From Vicugna vicugna (lineage: Eukaryota): a stretch of 64,000 nt of DNA. How positions within the stretch are numbered: position 1 is the first letter of the stretch; the number at the start of each line of letters is the position of its first letter. A program made the position numbers and the translations under genes. The DNA lies in the NCBI GenBank assembly GCA_013265495.1, contig MU063886.1:1923486-1987485 (forward strand). The letters are read 5' to 3'. Below the pieces are notes generated by a model. The model was not told where the DNA came from. It saw only the letters and a program-made list of their open reading frames with translations, and ran no database searches. Below, piece by piece: positions 24,312 to 37,355 of the stretch.

Positions 24312-26777
24312 CAGAAATTAACTTTGCAGTTAAAGGTGCCATGAGGCAGCCCTGTGTACCTCTGCAGTAGCAAGTGTCTCCCATGAAAGGGGACACCCAG
24401 ATTTATGCACTCTACCCAGGGCCCAGCTCATCCTCTCTATCCACTTCAGTCTCCAATTCCCTGGTCTTGCTGCTGCTCCTCTGAGTATCTTCCAACACTC
24501 CCTCCAAAGGCAAGACACAGCTTCATCTTTGCTGGTTACAATCCTAGTTACATGACTAGGGAGTGTGTACAAGGATCAACACACGTGTTTAGAAAATGTG
24601 ACAAGCTTCCAAAAGCACCTCTTTTTCTCCCACATCCAAGGAAACCAGCCCTGCAGACGACACTCCCAGCTGATGTGTCCTAGGTCTGTGGGTTTAGATT
24701 TTCCCGGAGATAGAAGGGCCCCTGGTTCCTTTCAGAATTGTATTTGAATTACTTTCTGAGCAAATAGGGAATTTTATTTTACATAGAACTCTTCCTGATG
24801 TACAGATTTTAATAAGTCACAGTGAGGTGTTAAATCTGTCTGGTCATATATGAACACCTTACCTTAACATTAAAACATTCTTAATAAAACGTCTAATTTT
24901 TGCAATAAAAAAAATGCTGCTAGTCAATGTTCTTACTTTTCTACCCATGATATTTGCAGCCCTTTTCTCCAGCCATAGTAAAGGAAAATTAAAACACATT
25001 CATCAGGGGAATAGTGACATACCCACAGAGGGGGACTTTAGAAAGTATTTAAGTATCCAGTACTGTTCTAGGACCTCAGTCACTAAAACAATTTAGATAT
25101 GGGTTGTAACTGACTATCGTTTCGTAACTTCTGGTTTGTAATTCTTAGCCCTTAGAGTCTGGTATTTTCTTCAACAAGGTCTTGTAATTGGGGTACACTG
25201 CCACCAAGTGGTGGTAAATGCCACACTCACATTAAAAATAAACCTAGTCTGGGCCTGAGATTAATGGGCCAGCTAGTCAACAAATACATAAACCAGGGAT
25301 TGTCGGCTTTCAAATGGCAAAAATGCGAGTCTTTATCAAAATAGCTTAAGATTATAAATTTTTTCCAAGATAATATAAAGCAATTTCAGAAAGAGGAGTG
25401 TGTGAAAACCACTATCATTTAATTCCAGCAGCCAGACAATAGTCTGAGCTCAAAGCTGCCTCAAGTCGAATTCCTCAGAATTGATTTCTGAAAGATAATA
25501 AACCCTGAACACACAATAGCACACTTGAAAGTACTTCTTTAAATGAATTTCAGGACAGGTTTCAGTGGCCACGATTGAAAAATGGCGGCCAATGTGTCAT
25601 CACAAAGCTGACAGCTTAGAAAAGTGGAGAACGACTGTTCTCACTGGGGTTAGGGTGACCCATGTGCTCCCAGCACAGGCCTGCTGCAGACAAACAGGCC
25701 TGCTCCCTGGGCGGAGACGGGATGCCCTCAATGGCGAGTACGGAGCCTCCGGCGCAAAGACGCCAGTAGGTATCTGGAGGACTCCCATGTGCAGCAGGCC
25801 CTAACATCAGAGGCTCTGGTCAAAGCCAGAACAGTCCCTCTTTTTTTCTGGGAGTCTCCAACAGTTTCAAAGGACCCTTCTCACACCTCCAACAGCGTCA
25901 CCTCACAGTGGGCGAGACCAGCTGAACCCTAGCAGGATGGATCCAGGCCGGAGGCTCAGCCACATGGAGCATCGGTCCTGCACCATTGTGATTGTGGTCA
26001 TTGTAACCATGTCCTATGAACTCAAGGCCTCTCAGCAGAGGAGGAAGCTTCAGAAGGCACAGCTCTATGGAGGCGATCAGGGGAGGTGGGGCCCCCGCGA
26101 GACAAGACCATCAGGAGTCACTGTCCTGAGCTCGGATCTGCTGGCCCCTGGGAGCTCGGTACGTCCCTTAGCGCTGCTTAGCCGCAGCTGCCTCAGCTGG
26201 TGAGGCTGAGGGTATTAGCGGAGCTGCCAAGACCAAAGCCCCCACTGGGGACTCATGACCCTTAAGTGGCACCACCGTGAAGGGGGCCTGGGGTCTGGGA
26301 GCCTCACTTGCAGTTTGGCTGCCCTCTGAGGGACAAACTGTGAAGAAACCACCAGGCTAGGGGTGGATTTTTGTTTCACATGATCAATTTTTGCATAAAC
26401 TATACCCAGCCCTGGTGTGTGTGTCGGGGGGAGGACATGTCAGTGGAATGTGTCACTTGCAGTAACATCTCAGATTCCGCTGCTCTGACCTGCTTCTGTC
26501 TATCAGGGTCCCACAGGGGGTGTGCAGGGCCTTTGTACCTCACCCTCCCCAAGTACTTCTGGGAGTCCCCCAAGTCCAGTCAGCTGACACCTGCCCGGGC
26601 CACCTTCTCCCTCCCCTCCCAGTGAGGGGATACTGCCTGCAGGGTCCCCATCTCCAACACCCCCACCCCGTGTGGCATGCAGGCCAGCTGCCTCACCAGG
26701 GCACTGGCCACACTGGACAAGCAAGCCACTGCTTTCCCTGGGGCTCCTGAGTCAGGGGCTACCCTGCTCTCCCCCAT

Positions 26778-27235
26778 TGTGGCAGGTTAAAGATGGCCAT
26801 AGACCCTGTGGCTCTCCTACCTGGGGGTGGGTATCCCCCCTCTCCCCTTGAATCAGGCTGGCCTGTGACTGCTTTGCCCAGGAAACCAGGAGAAAGCAAT
26901 GCCACCCCAGCCTGTAACTGACTACAGCCCCTGCCTTGGTCTCCTGGAGCCCCGAGCCGCCAGGGTGAGGTGTGACTACCCTGCTGGAGAGACCACGCAC
27001 GGGAGCAGAGACCAGGCTGACCCCAATCAGCCAGCCCTCCTGTCAACGTGCCAGGGATGCCCAGAAACCATCCTGGACCAGAGCAGCATCAGATCAACAT
27101 CCTCAAGTGACCCAAGAAACGCATGCCAACCAAAGCCCAGCCAAGTCCTGCCTGTCTTCTGACCCACAAAACCATAAGAAAACGGTTAAGCCACTCAGTG
27201 GAGGAACAGACCATCAGGTGGCAATGGATCACCAG
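26778..27235 (+). mobile_element. MaLR LTR (MLT1G/H-like)
   Basis: TGTGGCAGGTTAAAGATGGCC...CCCCTTGAATCAGGCTGGCCTGTGACTGCTTTG...GACTACCCTGCTGGAGAGACCAC...TTCTGACCCACAAAACC. Confidence 0.75.
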
Positions 27236-27377
27236 CCTCTCTCCCCCCTGACCTGGCTTCATTGCTGTTTCATCCCAACAGGGAAGCAGTGTCATTCACG
27301 TCCTGCCTGAAGACTCCAGGTCACTGACATTTATTTCTCAAGCACAACTTCATTAGAAATCCACAAATCCCAACCAC

Positions 27378-28183
27378 GGAGAGATGGGGTGGGAGATGGG
27401 GAGGGAGATGGGGTGGGAGTTGGGGNNNNNNNNNNNNNNNNNNNNNNNNNNNNNNNNNNNNNNNNNNNNNNNNNNNNNNNNNNNNNNNNNNNNNNNNNNN
27501 NNNNNNNNNNNNNNNNNNNNNNNNNNNNNNNNNNNNNNNNNNNNNNNNNNNNNNNNNNNNNNNNNNNNNNNNNNNNNNNNNNNNNNNNNNNNNNNNNNNN
27601 NNNNNNNNNNNNNNNNNNNNNNNNNNNNNNNNNNNNNNNNNNNNNNNNNNNNNNNNNNNNNNNNNNNNNNNNNNNNNNNNNNNNNNNNNNNNNNNNNNNN
27701 NNNNNNNNNNNNNNNNNNNNNNNNNNNNNNNNNNNNNNNNNNNNNNNNNNNNNNNNNNNNNNNNNNNNNNNNNNNNNNNNNNNNNNNNNNNNNNNNNNNN
27801 NNNNNNNNNNNNNNNNNNNNNNNNNNNNNNNNNNNNNNNNNNNNNNNNNNNNNNNNNNNNNNNNNNNNNNNNNNNNNNNNNNNNNNNNNNNNNNNNNNNN
27901 NNNNNNNNNNNNNNNNNNNNNNNNNNNNNNNNNNNNNNNNNNNNNNNNNNNNNNNNNNNNNNNNNNNNNNNNNNNNNNNNNNNNNNNNNNNNNNNNNNNN
28001 NNNNNNNNNNNNNNNNNNNNNNNNNNNNNNNNNNNNNNNNNNNNNNNAATGGGGAGGGAGATGGAGGGGGAAAAGGGGGAGATGCAGAGGGAGATGGGGG
28101 AGATAGGGAGGGAGATGGGGGAGATGGGGAGGGAGATGGAGGTGGAGATGGGGGAGAGATGCAGAGGGAGATGGAGGGGAGAT
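27378..28183 (+). repeat. G-rich GGGAGATGG(G)-type minisatellite spanning a 622-N gap (27426-28047)
   Basis: Repeated GGGAGATGGGG/GAGGGAGATGG units on both sides of the gap. Confidence 0.9.
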
Positions 28184-28863
28184 TAATGTAAGTCCCGTGC
28201 TCTGTCTCAGAACTACCCACCCCCCCCAACAACTGGGAATCTATTCCAGGCGACAGAGTGCATCTGACCCTTATACACTCTCTGGATCAACGTTCTCATC
28301 AGGCTCTTAGACTCTCATGCAAAGGCTCCGACCAGACAAAACGGCCTCCCTGCTGAGGATGCAGCCTAAGGTGAAGCTGGAAACTCACTAAACATACTCT
28401 TCGGTCCGTGCGCAAAGGCAAATCTCAAGATGCCCAGGGCCATCTCCAGATCCTGGGAGGGTCCACTCCCCCCACCCCCACGTCTCCTGCAAGACAAACG
28501 AGGCAGATCTTTCGCCTCTTTCCTCCCAGGATAGGCCTGGATTTCAAGGACTGGAGAGGGTGTGGCTAGCACGGTCCAGGCCACCGGTCTGTGATAGGTT
28601 CTGGCTCATTAGCTGAACATGCTGGAAACACTGTCAACACAGTTTCTGGAGCCACTCAGCGCTGTGCAGGGAGCAACACCAGGTCAGGTGAGATCTGTCT
28701 GGCCGGCATTCTGCGCGCAGAGAAGCATCAGGTCCTCTTGACTCAATTCCTGTCCATTTCAAGACAAACAGGGGATCTGGGTAAACGAGGTCCTTTACAG
28801 TGACGTAGGCTCAGGGATGCAGATACTGACAACCACAGGCATATGTATATGCATATGCATATG

Positions 28864-28866
<3 letters not shown>

Positions 28867-28895
<29 letters not shown>
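28867..28895 (+). repeat. (AC)14 microsatellite preceded by TA/TG alternating sequence
   Basis: Direct reading. Confidence 0.95.
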
Positions 28896-28897
<2 letters not shown>

Positions 28898-29139
28898 CAG
28901 ATTCACTCCACTTGGGGCTTAGGGCCTCAGCATTTATTAGATTAGAACATGCTGACATGCCCACGGGACTTATAAAGATTTTATGCTCTACCAGCAAGTC
29001 GGTGTGTGTATTCCTAAGGAGGCCCGCCCTCAGTACAGTGAGAAAGACACCCACCATCTACAGGCCAGTGGCAACGGAGGAGCAGAAGGAATGACAGAGT
29101 TTGCACTAATGCAGTAAGAACGGAACAGTGGTTTGTCAT

Positions 29140-29300
29140 CTCAACAACACTTTCAGGGACTCACTGCAGCGATGTGTAAGGGGGCTATCATTACCTGCTC
29201 TACTGCAGGTGAAAAAATATGAGCCCACAGAAACTGTGACCAAAATCATCAGGGGCAGAGATGGAGTTCAAATACGGCTTCTTTTGAAGCCAGATCTGCA
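29140..29300 (-). mobile_element. MIR SINE fragment
   Basis: CTCAACAACACT...ATCATTACCTGCTCTACTGCAGGTGAAAAAAT...GTGACCAAAATCATC...GGAGTTCAAAT. Confidence 0.55.
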
Positions 29301-31159
29301 CCTGTCACGTTCACCCGTCTACCTGTAGGGGACATGTTTTGTTTTCGCCCACACAGAAATCACACCCGCTTCTTTTAAAAGCGGCACTCCTGCAAATCCC
29401 CCTTTGCTTCCGGCGTGGTCTTCAGGAGATGTCGAAGGCTCCCCAACCCCAACCTCTAGCTGAGGATTCCCTTCACTGGAATCTGACTCCTGGATGTAGA
29501 AAACGCTGGTGCAGATCTGTGCCCTTTCAGAAGCCTGGCAGCAGCTCTTTCTCCCCATGAGCTACTCTGTTTCCATTCTACAGGCTGTTTCTATCAGCCA
29601 CTTGGTACTATTGCTTGCAACCAAGGAATCCAGACATGGAGCCCCGTCAAAAGCGGCCAGGTCAGCATACGCTAATGTCTGACCCTTTCCTTTCTAATAC
29701 AAATGTTAGATAGCATGAAATACTACATTTTTGGCTGACGATTCTATAGCAGGATGTTAGACGGGATATTTCCTGCTGTTGTCTCAGAATCGACAGCCAG
29801 GATCCAAAACTGAGGTCCAAGAGGTATGAAGTAACACACATTCTAAAAAGGACCAGAAATAACCAGAACCCTCCCTCAGAGCTTATGAAGAGATAGTCAC
29901 AGGAGCTGTATTAACCATATCCTTTATTTTCTATATCCCGATGCTTTGACAGCCTGGAGCTTTGCTGACCTTGGAGGGTATTCACTGAGGGGCCGGGGAG
30001 GGAGGCAGAGGGAGGGGGAGGCAGGAAGGGAAAACAACTCAGCCCTGAGAACACCATTCAAATGCAAGCCAACCAATCCAGGGGCCACCCTCCCAACTGC
30101 TTCCTCTTTCACCGGCTCACACTCTGGGCCACTGTCCACCTGCCCTCATCATCCCAGGGCTGGGTACCAGCCAGCCAGGGACAGCCACCATGCCCCAGAA
30201 CCCACTGAGAGTATCCAATCCTCAACTTGCTTAGCCTGCCTTGCCTGTTCCCTCCCACAGAAACCACCAGGAAGGCTCTTGTGCACGGGACCCCTCCCCC
30301 CTTCCTCATGCAGACCCTGGTGCTCCCCGAGGGGCCCTGCGGCTGTAATCCTGTCTTCCGGACCTGTGAGTATCAGAAACTTTCTTCCTGATGGTCATTT
30401 CTGTGTCTACGTGTCTCACTGCATGTGATTAAAACAAATTCAGGTACCTTTAAAAACCTGGCCTTGCTCCCCAGACACCCCCCAACACTGTGTCCCTTTA
30501 AAAGGGAAGTGGAGGAGAGGGCAGAGCTGCAGGTACAGGCTGTCACCAGCCTCATGAGAAACAGTGGATCAGTGGATCTCTTCTCCAAAGTCAAGTGAGG
30601 GGAGAGAGTCCAGACGATCCCTCACAGTGAGGATGGGCACCTGCAGGAACGGGGAACTGGCCTGTGTCTACCTGGGCAGGAGAGTGGAGAACTGGAGGCA
30701 CGTGTAGGAGGGGGGCCGCGGAGCAGCCTTCAGTCCACCACTGGGCACGGCCAGGACGCCTAAGTTTCCCATGGGCCGCGTGGACGCTGGAATGCAGCTG
30801 GGCTCCAGCCATTTTTCCGGTACCCCACCAGGAGGGCTGCCTGCCAGGCAAGCCGACTTTAATAACGGAGCTGACAGAGAACGGACATCAGTCCAGAGCC
30901 AGGACGCCGATGTCAGGGAATCGGGCAGCGGGGAGGCCCCACAGGGTGTTCCAAAGAATTCAAGCAGCACCCCGGAGAGAGCCAGGGTTTGGATATCTGC
31001 CACAGCACATGGAGCTCGCAACTGGCTGGTCAGTGTCAACCAGAGAAGTAGCAGCAGCCTACAGAGGGGACTGTAAGTGTGCCCAGCTAAGGCAACTGGG
31101 GGTCAAGTGGGGAGGGGCGTTGGAGGGGCTTAATGACTGGGGGCAGCAAAAAAAAGGGG

Positions 31160-31285
31160 GGGAACTCCTGGGAGTGTCTATTATTTCTTGATCTGGTTTA
31201 CTCTAGTGTGATAGTGAAAACTCAATGAACACATTATGATTGGGGCACATGTCTTTATGATGTGATATTCCAATTAAAAATCTAC
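31160..31285 (+). mobile_element. Old L1 (L1MD/ME-like) 3' end fragment
   Basis: ATTTCTTGATCTGG...AAAACTCAATGAAC...TTCCAATTAAAAA. Confidence 0.5.
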
Positions 31286-32199
31286 TTTCAGAAACAAACA
31301 CAGGGAAACCCACTTCTTCTCCAATGTCCTGCTGATGCTCCAGACCCTGGGTCTTTCTGCTCCTCCTTTAGTATCTCTAACTACCACCACCACCCCTGCC
31401 AACAGGTCAAACACAGGCAGCGTGTCCTCTAATCCTTTGGGGTGGTTCTTTCCCCAGCTTCGGGAGGGGTGGACCCTTCTTCACATACGTAAGCTGCTTA
31501 GCCCTCACCTAAGACTCAGGGGACCCCCCCCCGCAGATCTCTGGAAACCTCTCTGTGTAGCGCTGTCCTCCTACGCACGTACCCCGTGATACCGAGCTGC
31601 CTGTGTGTTCCCACACTCCCATCTCTGACTCCTCAACTCCGGGAGATGGAGACCCTGCCGGGTTCCCCTCCCCGCACGGCAGCCTGCAGACACCCTCCAG
31701 CCACTCATTGGGGCAGTCACAGGGTTCACCTCCTGTTTCCCTTGCATGATCCCTATTCTCTGCTACCTGATTTCCAATGTTCAGAAACCACTGGTTTTTC
31801 CTCTTTCATCTTGATTTCAATTTAGTGGTTTCTGGTGGAAGGGTAAACCTAATACTCATTACTCCACTGATCACAGCAGAAGTCCCCCGATTTATGGTTA
31901 CCTAATTCAACAGCATTTTTAAGTGAATTTATCAAATTCTTTACAGAGATTCTAATATGGGTTTCATGGCATCATAACCCTTCTTGTTCAAAGTTCATTA
32001 TTTTACATGTTAAGTACCAGTGACATAGGCAAGCATGAGAGTGAGCATCGCTGACTTTTGGGAGCAGCCCCACCGGCAGGGGCAGAGGTGTGCAGGGGGC
32101 ACCTAAGCTCACTGCGTCCTGCTGGCTTTGTCATTGTGACTTCCAGAGATAACAGGGCACACCTGTCCATCCCAGAAGTCTCCTGTAGTGAGATCATCT

Positions 32200-32600
32200 G
32201 GGGGAATATTCTGTTTGAATCACCGGAGGAATGTCTAGAGGGAGATATCCAGTTTTATATTCAAGAGAGATATCTGGGCTGAAGACATTACCTTGGACAG
32301 TCTGAAGCATATAGGAGACAGCTGACACTGAGTATGGGGGCAACAGAGATCGCAGTGAGAGTAGAGCAGAAGGGAAACAGGACCAAGGTAGAGTTCTTGG
32401 AGCCTTGACATTTAAAGAGACAGAAAGAGACGGAGCAGAACAATCACTAGTAATGGCCCCTATGTCCGAGTTATCACCACTAAGAGGGTGGGCGAGCCTT
32501 GGGGCGGTCAAGGAAAGGTCGGTATTAATCAGCTCCTCTGATGAAACGAGCAGGAAGTGGAAACACCCTGACCCCACAATTTACAGTGACCACAAAGAGT
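32200..32600 (-). mobile_element. L2 fragment
   Basis: GAGAGATATCTGGGCTGAAGAC...GGACCAAGGTAGAGTTCTTGGAGCCTTGACATTTAAAGAG. Confidence 0.6.
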
Positions 32601-32719
32601 CACTGTAATAAAAGCAGGGGGCGCTGTCGAGCTGGCTCCCAATATCAGGACTGAAGGTTTAAACCAGCACTCACTCCACATTTGTTAAAGTCCATCTTCT
32701 CTCTTCACTCTGCACTTTG

Positions 32720-33950
32720 GACAAGCACAAAGTTCCCACCAGCAGACAGAACAAAGAACAATTCCTAAATATAACAAAAATATCTAGCAACTCAAAAGAG
32801 GGAAAATGGTAAGTTAAAAGCACGTGTTATTTCAGGAAAGAAAACTCCAGAAAAGTCTCTAGTTGGTCATCAGTGAGATTCAAGAACCCAATGCATGAAT
32901 GAAACTAGAGGAGAAATGGAAAAAAAAAATCTACAATCAGGAAAAAATACTTGGAGATAAAAAATATAAGCCTCAACTTTTAAAACACAGTGGTAGTAAT
33001 GAGCAACATGTTACATGATGAAAAAAATTAATCAAGAAATTAAAACAGCTCAAGAAGCTGTCCTAGGATTTAAAGAAAAGGACAAAGTTCTAGTCAATGT
33101 ACTGAAAAAAAAAAGCATAAATACTGGAAAGAGGAGTAAAAATTACCATGACTGTTTATATAACTGTCTGTCCAGAATATCTAAAAGCAACTAAAAATGA
33201 TTTAAGTAATAAGATAACTCAATAAGCTGGCTATTTACCAAGTGGTTTAAAAAACTTAAAGACTGTAAAACATAAAAGATAATTTAAAACCCATAAAAGT
33301 TAAATTAACAGTATACATCAAAAAATATGTATCACCATTACTTATCAAAATAATGATACAGTATTTATTATTTAGCAAGTTAGCAAAAAATTAAATAATT
33401 TACCCAGTTGTCATCAAGTATAAAGGGAAAGTAGCCTCCTCACAGACTGGAGGTGGGAAGGTAAATCCATGAGACTTGTAGACAATTAGGCAACATGGTT
33501 ATTATGTGTTTTAGAGTTTTTGCTTGTATTTTCATCCAGCAACCCTACTTTCAGGAATGTATCTTAATAATCATAATCATGTACAAATGTATAGTTACAA
33601 TGACTATACATCATGGTATTGTGGTACTCCTAGTGACAGTAAATTACTGGAAACAACCTAAGTTTCCAACAATAGGGTTATAAATATTACAGTTTATCTA
33701 TACATGGAATGATATTTACCCATTAAGATATTATGGTAACAAAAGAAAAAGTTTATAATAAAGTATGTAAAAGTGACTTTAAAAAGAAAGACTATTTTAA
33801 ATTATTCCATTTTTTACACACACACACACCCCCAGGAATTGTTACAAGTCCTGAAGTCTATACGGTGGGATCACAGGTGACTTAATGCTTTAACTTCTCG
33901 CTTCTGTGTTTTCTACAGAATTCCAAAGTTAATATTAAGTAACTTCTGAT
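32720..33950 (+). mobile_element. Ancient L1ME-type fragments
   Basis: A-rich; CAGCAACCCTACTTTCAGGAATGTATC...ACTGGAAACAACCTAAGTTTCCAACAATAGG (ORF2 C-terminus). Confidence 0.6.
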
Positions 33951-36529
33951 CTTTTTTTAAAAAACTATCTTAATACTCTTCCCTGAAGCCTCTCTCACAG
34001 GTGCATTTTAAACAGGGATTGCAGCTGCAACAGGATCCTGAACACAGGATAAGGATCTAGTTCACCTCTAATTTGGAAGACTTTACACACATTTGAATCT
34101 CATGCCCAGAGTCATGACGAGATCAAGGAATCTGGAAGACGACAGCATGAAAATCCATGTCTCTGGGCAGACTTGGACTTACAGACTTAAGGGAAACACG
34201 AAACATGACTGCCAATAAGAGGTTATCAGAGTCAGAAAAAAAAAAAAAAGATGTATCACCTTGAGTTTTTCTTCTGTTTAAAATACTGGTTGAATAAGTA
34301 AGCCAGCCGGGGAAGGTCCCCGAGTATGGAAATTTCCCGTACTTTGACAGCAGATGAAAACATCCTCAGAGCTCGGCTGAATCTAGGCACTTTCCTGCCT
34401 TTTTCTGTGTTCCCTACCTACCCTGCTCCATCCTCACACTCATTTCTTCTGGAAGCTGCAGAAATCAGATTATATAGTACACACAGCCGCTGGGCAAAGG
34501 AGGGATGGCATCAGCTTGTCTGGTCCAGCTGGTCTGAACTGCACCAGGGGTCTGCCAGGAGGAGCGTCTGCTTAGCCGTGTACCTTTCCCTGTCCTCATC
34601 AGAGCTTGCACACATGCCACTAAAGGACCTGGATATTCTTCATGCACTACAGCCTCTGCCCAGCATCCCTCGCTCACCTGGGGCTAGGCAGCCCACCTCC
34701 TCAGCTGTCTTCCCAGGGTGGGGGGAAGATGCAAGGACGTCATTTCTGGAAGCCAGCAAGGAATCGCCGGGAATGGATTTTACAGAGAACATTCTCACAG
34801 AGTTGCATCTTTTTACCTCTGCCTGTTCCCTTTGGGTCTGCATCTGCAGTAACTGGATGCTTCCGCTCAAAGGCTGTTAGTGTCTACCCTGTGACCAGAT
34901 GCTTACATGACTCCACATGGACCATCAGAAATCAAGGCTGTTTGTGCTGGACGGAAAACCCAGATCTGGTTTGGGCTTCATGCCAGGAGCCCAGAATCTG
35001 GGGTCTAAAACCTGTCGCCCCAGCACATGATTCCACAAGCCCCTGGGTCCTTGAGGTCGAGAAAAATAGATCATCTTCCCTTCTGTAAATCCTCACCATC
35101 CCCTAACAGCTCAGCATAACTTTAATTTGCTTCTGTGTTTCCCATAATGAGTCTTCCTGTGAGGAGTGAATTCATACGGGCATCGCACGTACCCACCGGA
35201 CCCACTGACGGTTTGTACACACCCTGCACACAGTGGAGGAAAGGGACCTTCTGAGCCAGGAGTCAGCCTACTGTACTCCATCAGTGTCTGAGACAGAGCC
35301 AAACAGACCCTCAAATGTTTGGCTTCTGCCCCGTTCGAGCCTGTTGTCCAGGAGTGTAGACAGACACAAGCCGCGAGGTCCTGGATCCAAGAGCGGCCCT
35401 TTTCCCCGATGTCAAACACGTATCACAGCTGACCTGCCAAGAATTTGGATCCTGCTTCAAGATACACAGTCTGAGACAGCACACGGCAGCCAGAAGAGGG
35501 AATCTCCGTGTAGCCTGAATCTGGTCTATCCCCTGCAGATGGACAGTGTGTATACGGATTGGCAAGGATCCCAGCCCTTGGTCCCAAACGGAAAGTTCAG
35601 GATTACTTCAGAAGTAGATTGAAGAGATAAGCAACGCCTCCAAATATGCCTTTGTTTTCCATGGGGATTTGTAAAGTGCAGTTGAGAGAGAGTGTCTTCA
35701 GTCAATCTATCGATGAGTGGTTTATCAGGATGGGTCCACAACAATCTATGTCCACAGTAAAGAGTGAAGACACACCTGGCTGTGAAAACCTCCCTGGATT
35801 TAGCCTGGTTCAGCTTTTCTCTATCTGAATGGCCTCTAGGTCCACTTGACAGGGCGGTGTACCAGAGGAGAGCTCCACCAAGGGTGAGGAAATTTGGATT
35901 CAAAGTCCCAGGGTCATCATTGATTTTCTGCCTGCTTGGAAATGCATCTTGCCTTGCTTAACCCTGTTTTCACAGCCTTCAAAAATGAGGGGAGGGGGAG
36001 GCAGCTTGGGCCCAGAGGTCCCACACAGACTTGACGTTCTGATTCCTCCTGCCCCAAATACCCCAAAAATACCTACCCCGATCAGTGTCGTACAGCAAAA
36101 AGGCATTAGCCTCAAGCTGATGGGAAGCCTTTTGTGGATGGCATAACCAGATCTTGGGTGATGCTCAGCAGAAAACCGTCGGGGTGATGGAGGTGGGGGT
36201 GGAAGGTGCATTCTGCTGTCTCCCCACAAGTGTCTGTTCCTTCTCACCCTCAAACTAGAATATCTGCCAAAAAGAGCTTCTAAGAGAAGTGAGGATAAAC
36301 TTAGTCTTGAGTGCTCATGACTCACCATCATCTAGACCTGTTCTAAGTATCCAAGGATCTGCCCCTGGACTCCAATAACATCTCTAGCTCACTGTTTCAA
36401 GACAGAAATTTTGCTATTTTGCCATTTCTGGCCTTTCATGCAGTAGGCTTTACAAATCTGAAGTGCTCTACTGTTTCCTTCAGACATGAAACATAAACAG
36501 CATGCCTACTCATAAAAAGAAAATGCACC

Positions 36530-37355
36530 TCTGGGTTAGAAATCAGGTGAAAAAAAGGGTATTGAGTATACAAGAATAGAAAATGCTAGACAAAACACTA
36601 GTAAATTTCAAGGTCGCAATGAAATGGAACATTTTACTGTTTAATTACCAAAAACTTCTGAAATTAGAAGATGTAAGAGACCAGTAATCAGGGACATCTT
36701 TGAAAAAGTGTTTTCTTTAAAATTTATCTCCAAGAAGACTTTAAGCCCGGATAGTTTTATGAGTGGATTATTTTAGAACTTTCATGGAAAAAAGAAAAAA
36801 GAATTGTCAAACCCATTCCAGAGAAGGGAGATAGAAATTACAAATCATTCAGTGATTTAATTCCAAAGAATAGAGAAGTAAAGGGGAAAGTAGCAACTCA
36901 ACAGTGGGGGAAACTGTCAAACACACAGGCCAGGGCACTTGTACAGTTTTCTTTCAAAAACTCTGTAAACCCAACCAATCAAATCACGAGAAAACCATCC
37001 AGACAAACCCTGACTGGGAGAAATTCTATGGACACTCAGCCAGTAATCATCAAAACTGGCAAGGTCATTAAAAACAAGGAATGGCAAACCAAAACTGTCA
37101 CAGACCAGAGGAACCTAACAACTAAATGCAACGTGGTACCCTGAATTGGATCCTAGAATAGAAAGAGAATATTACCAGAAAAATAGCTGAATCCAAATGA
37201 AGTCTAGAGTTTAGTTAAGAGTATTATTTCTTAGTTTTAACCAATTTACCATGGTAACACAAGAAACTGGGTGAGGGGCACAGAGAAACCCTCTATACTA
37301 TCCATACAGCTGATACGCAAATCTAAAATTATTCCAAAATTAAAAGTGTAAATAA
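36530..37355 (+). mobile_element. Old L1 (L1MC/L1MD-like) ORF2 remnant and 3' UTR
   Basis: TCAAAACTGGCAAGGTCATTAAAAACAAGG...ACTAAATGCAACGTGGTACCCTGAATTGGATCCTAG...TCTAAAATTATTCCAAAATTAAAAG. Confidence 0.75.

Noticed and set aside
27321-28232. 240-303-aa ORFs
   Set aside because: They run through 622 Ns and a low-complexity G-rich repeat; artefacts.
28710-28721. 12-bp palindrome TCTGCGCGCAGA
   Set aside because: About 16 12-bp palindromes are expected by chance in 64 kb.
34326-35088. 184-aa and 148-aa ORFs
   Set aside because: No recognisable protein similarity or convincing splice context; this length is expected by chance in GC-rich mammalian DNA.
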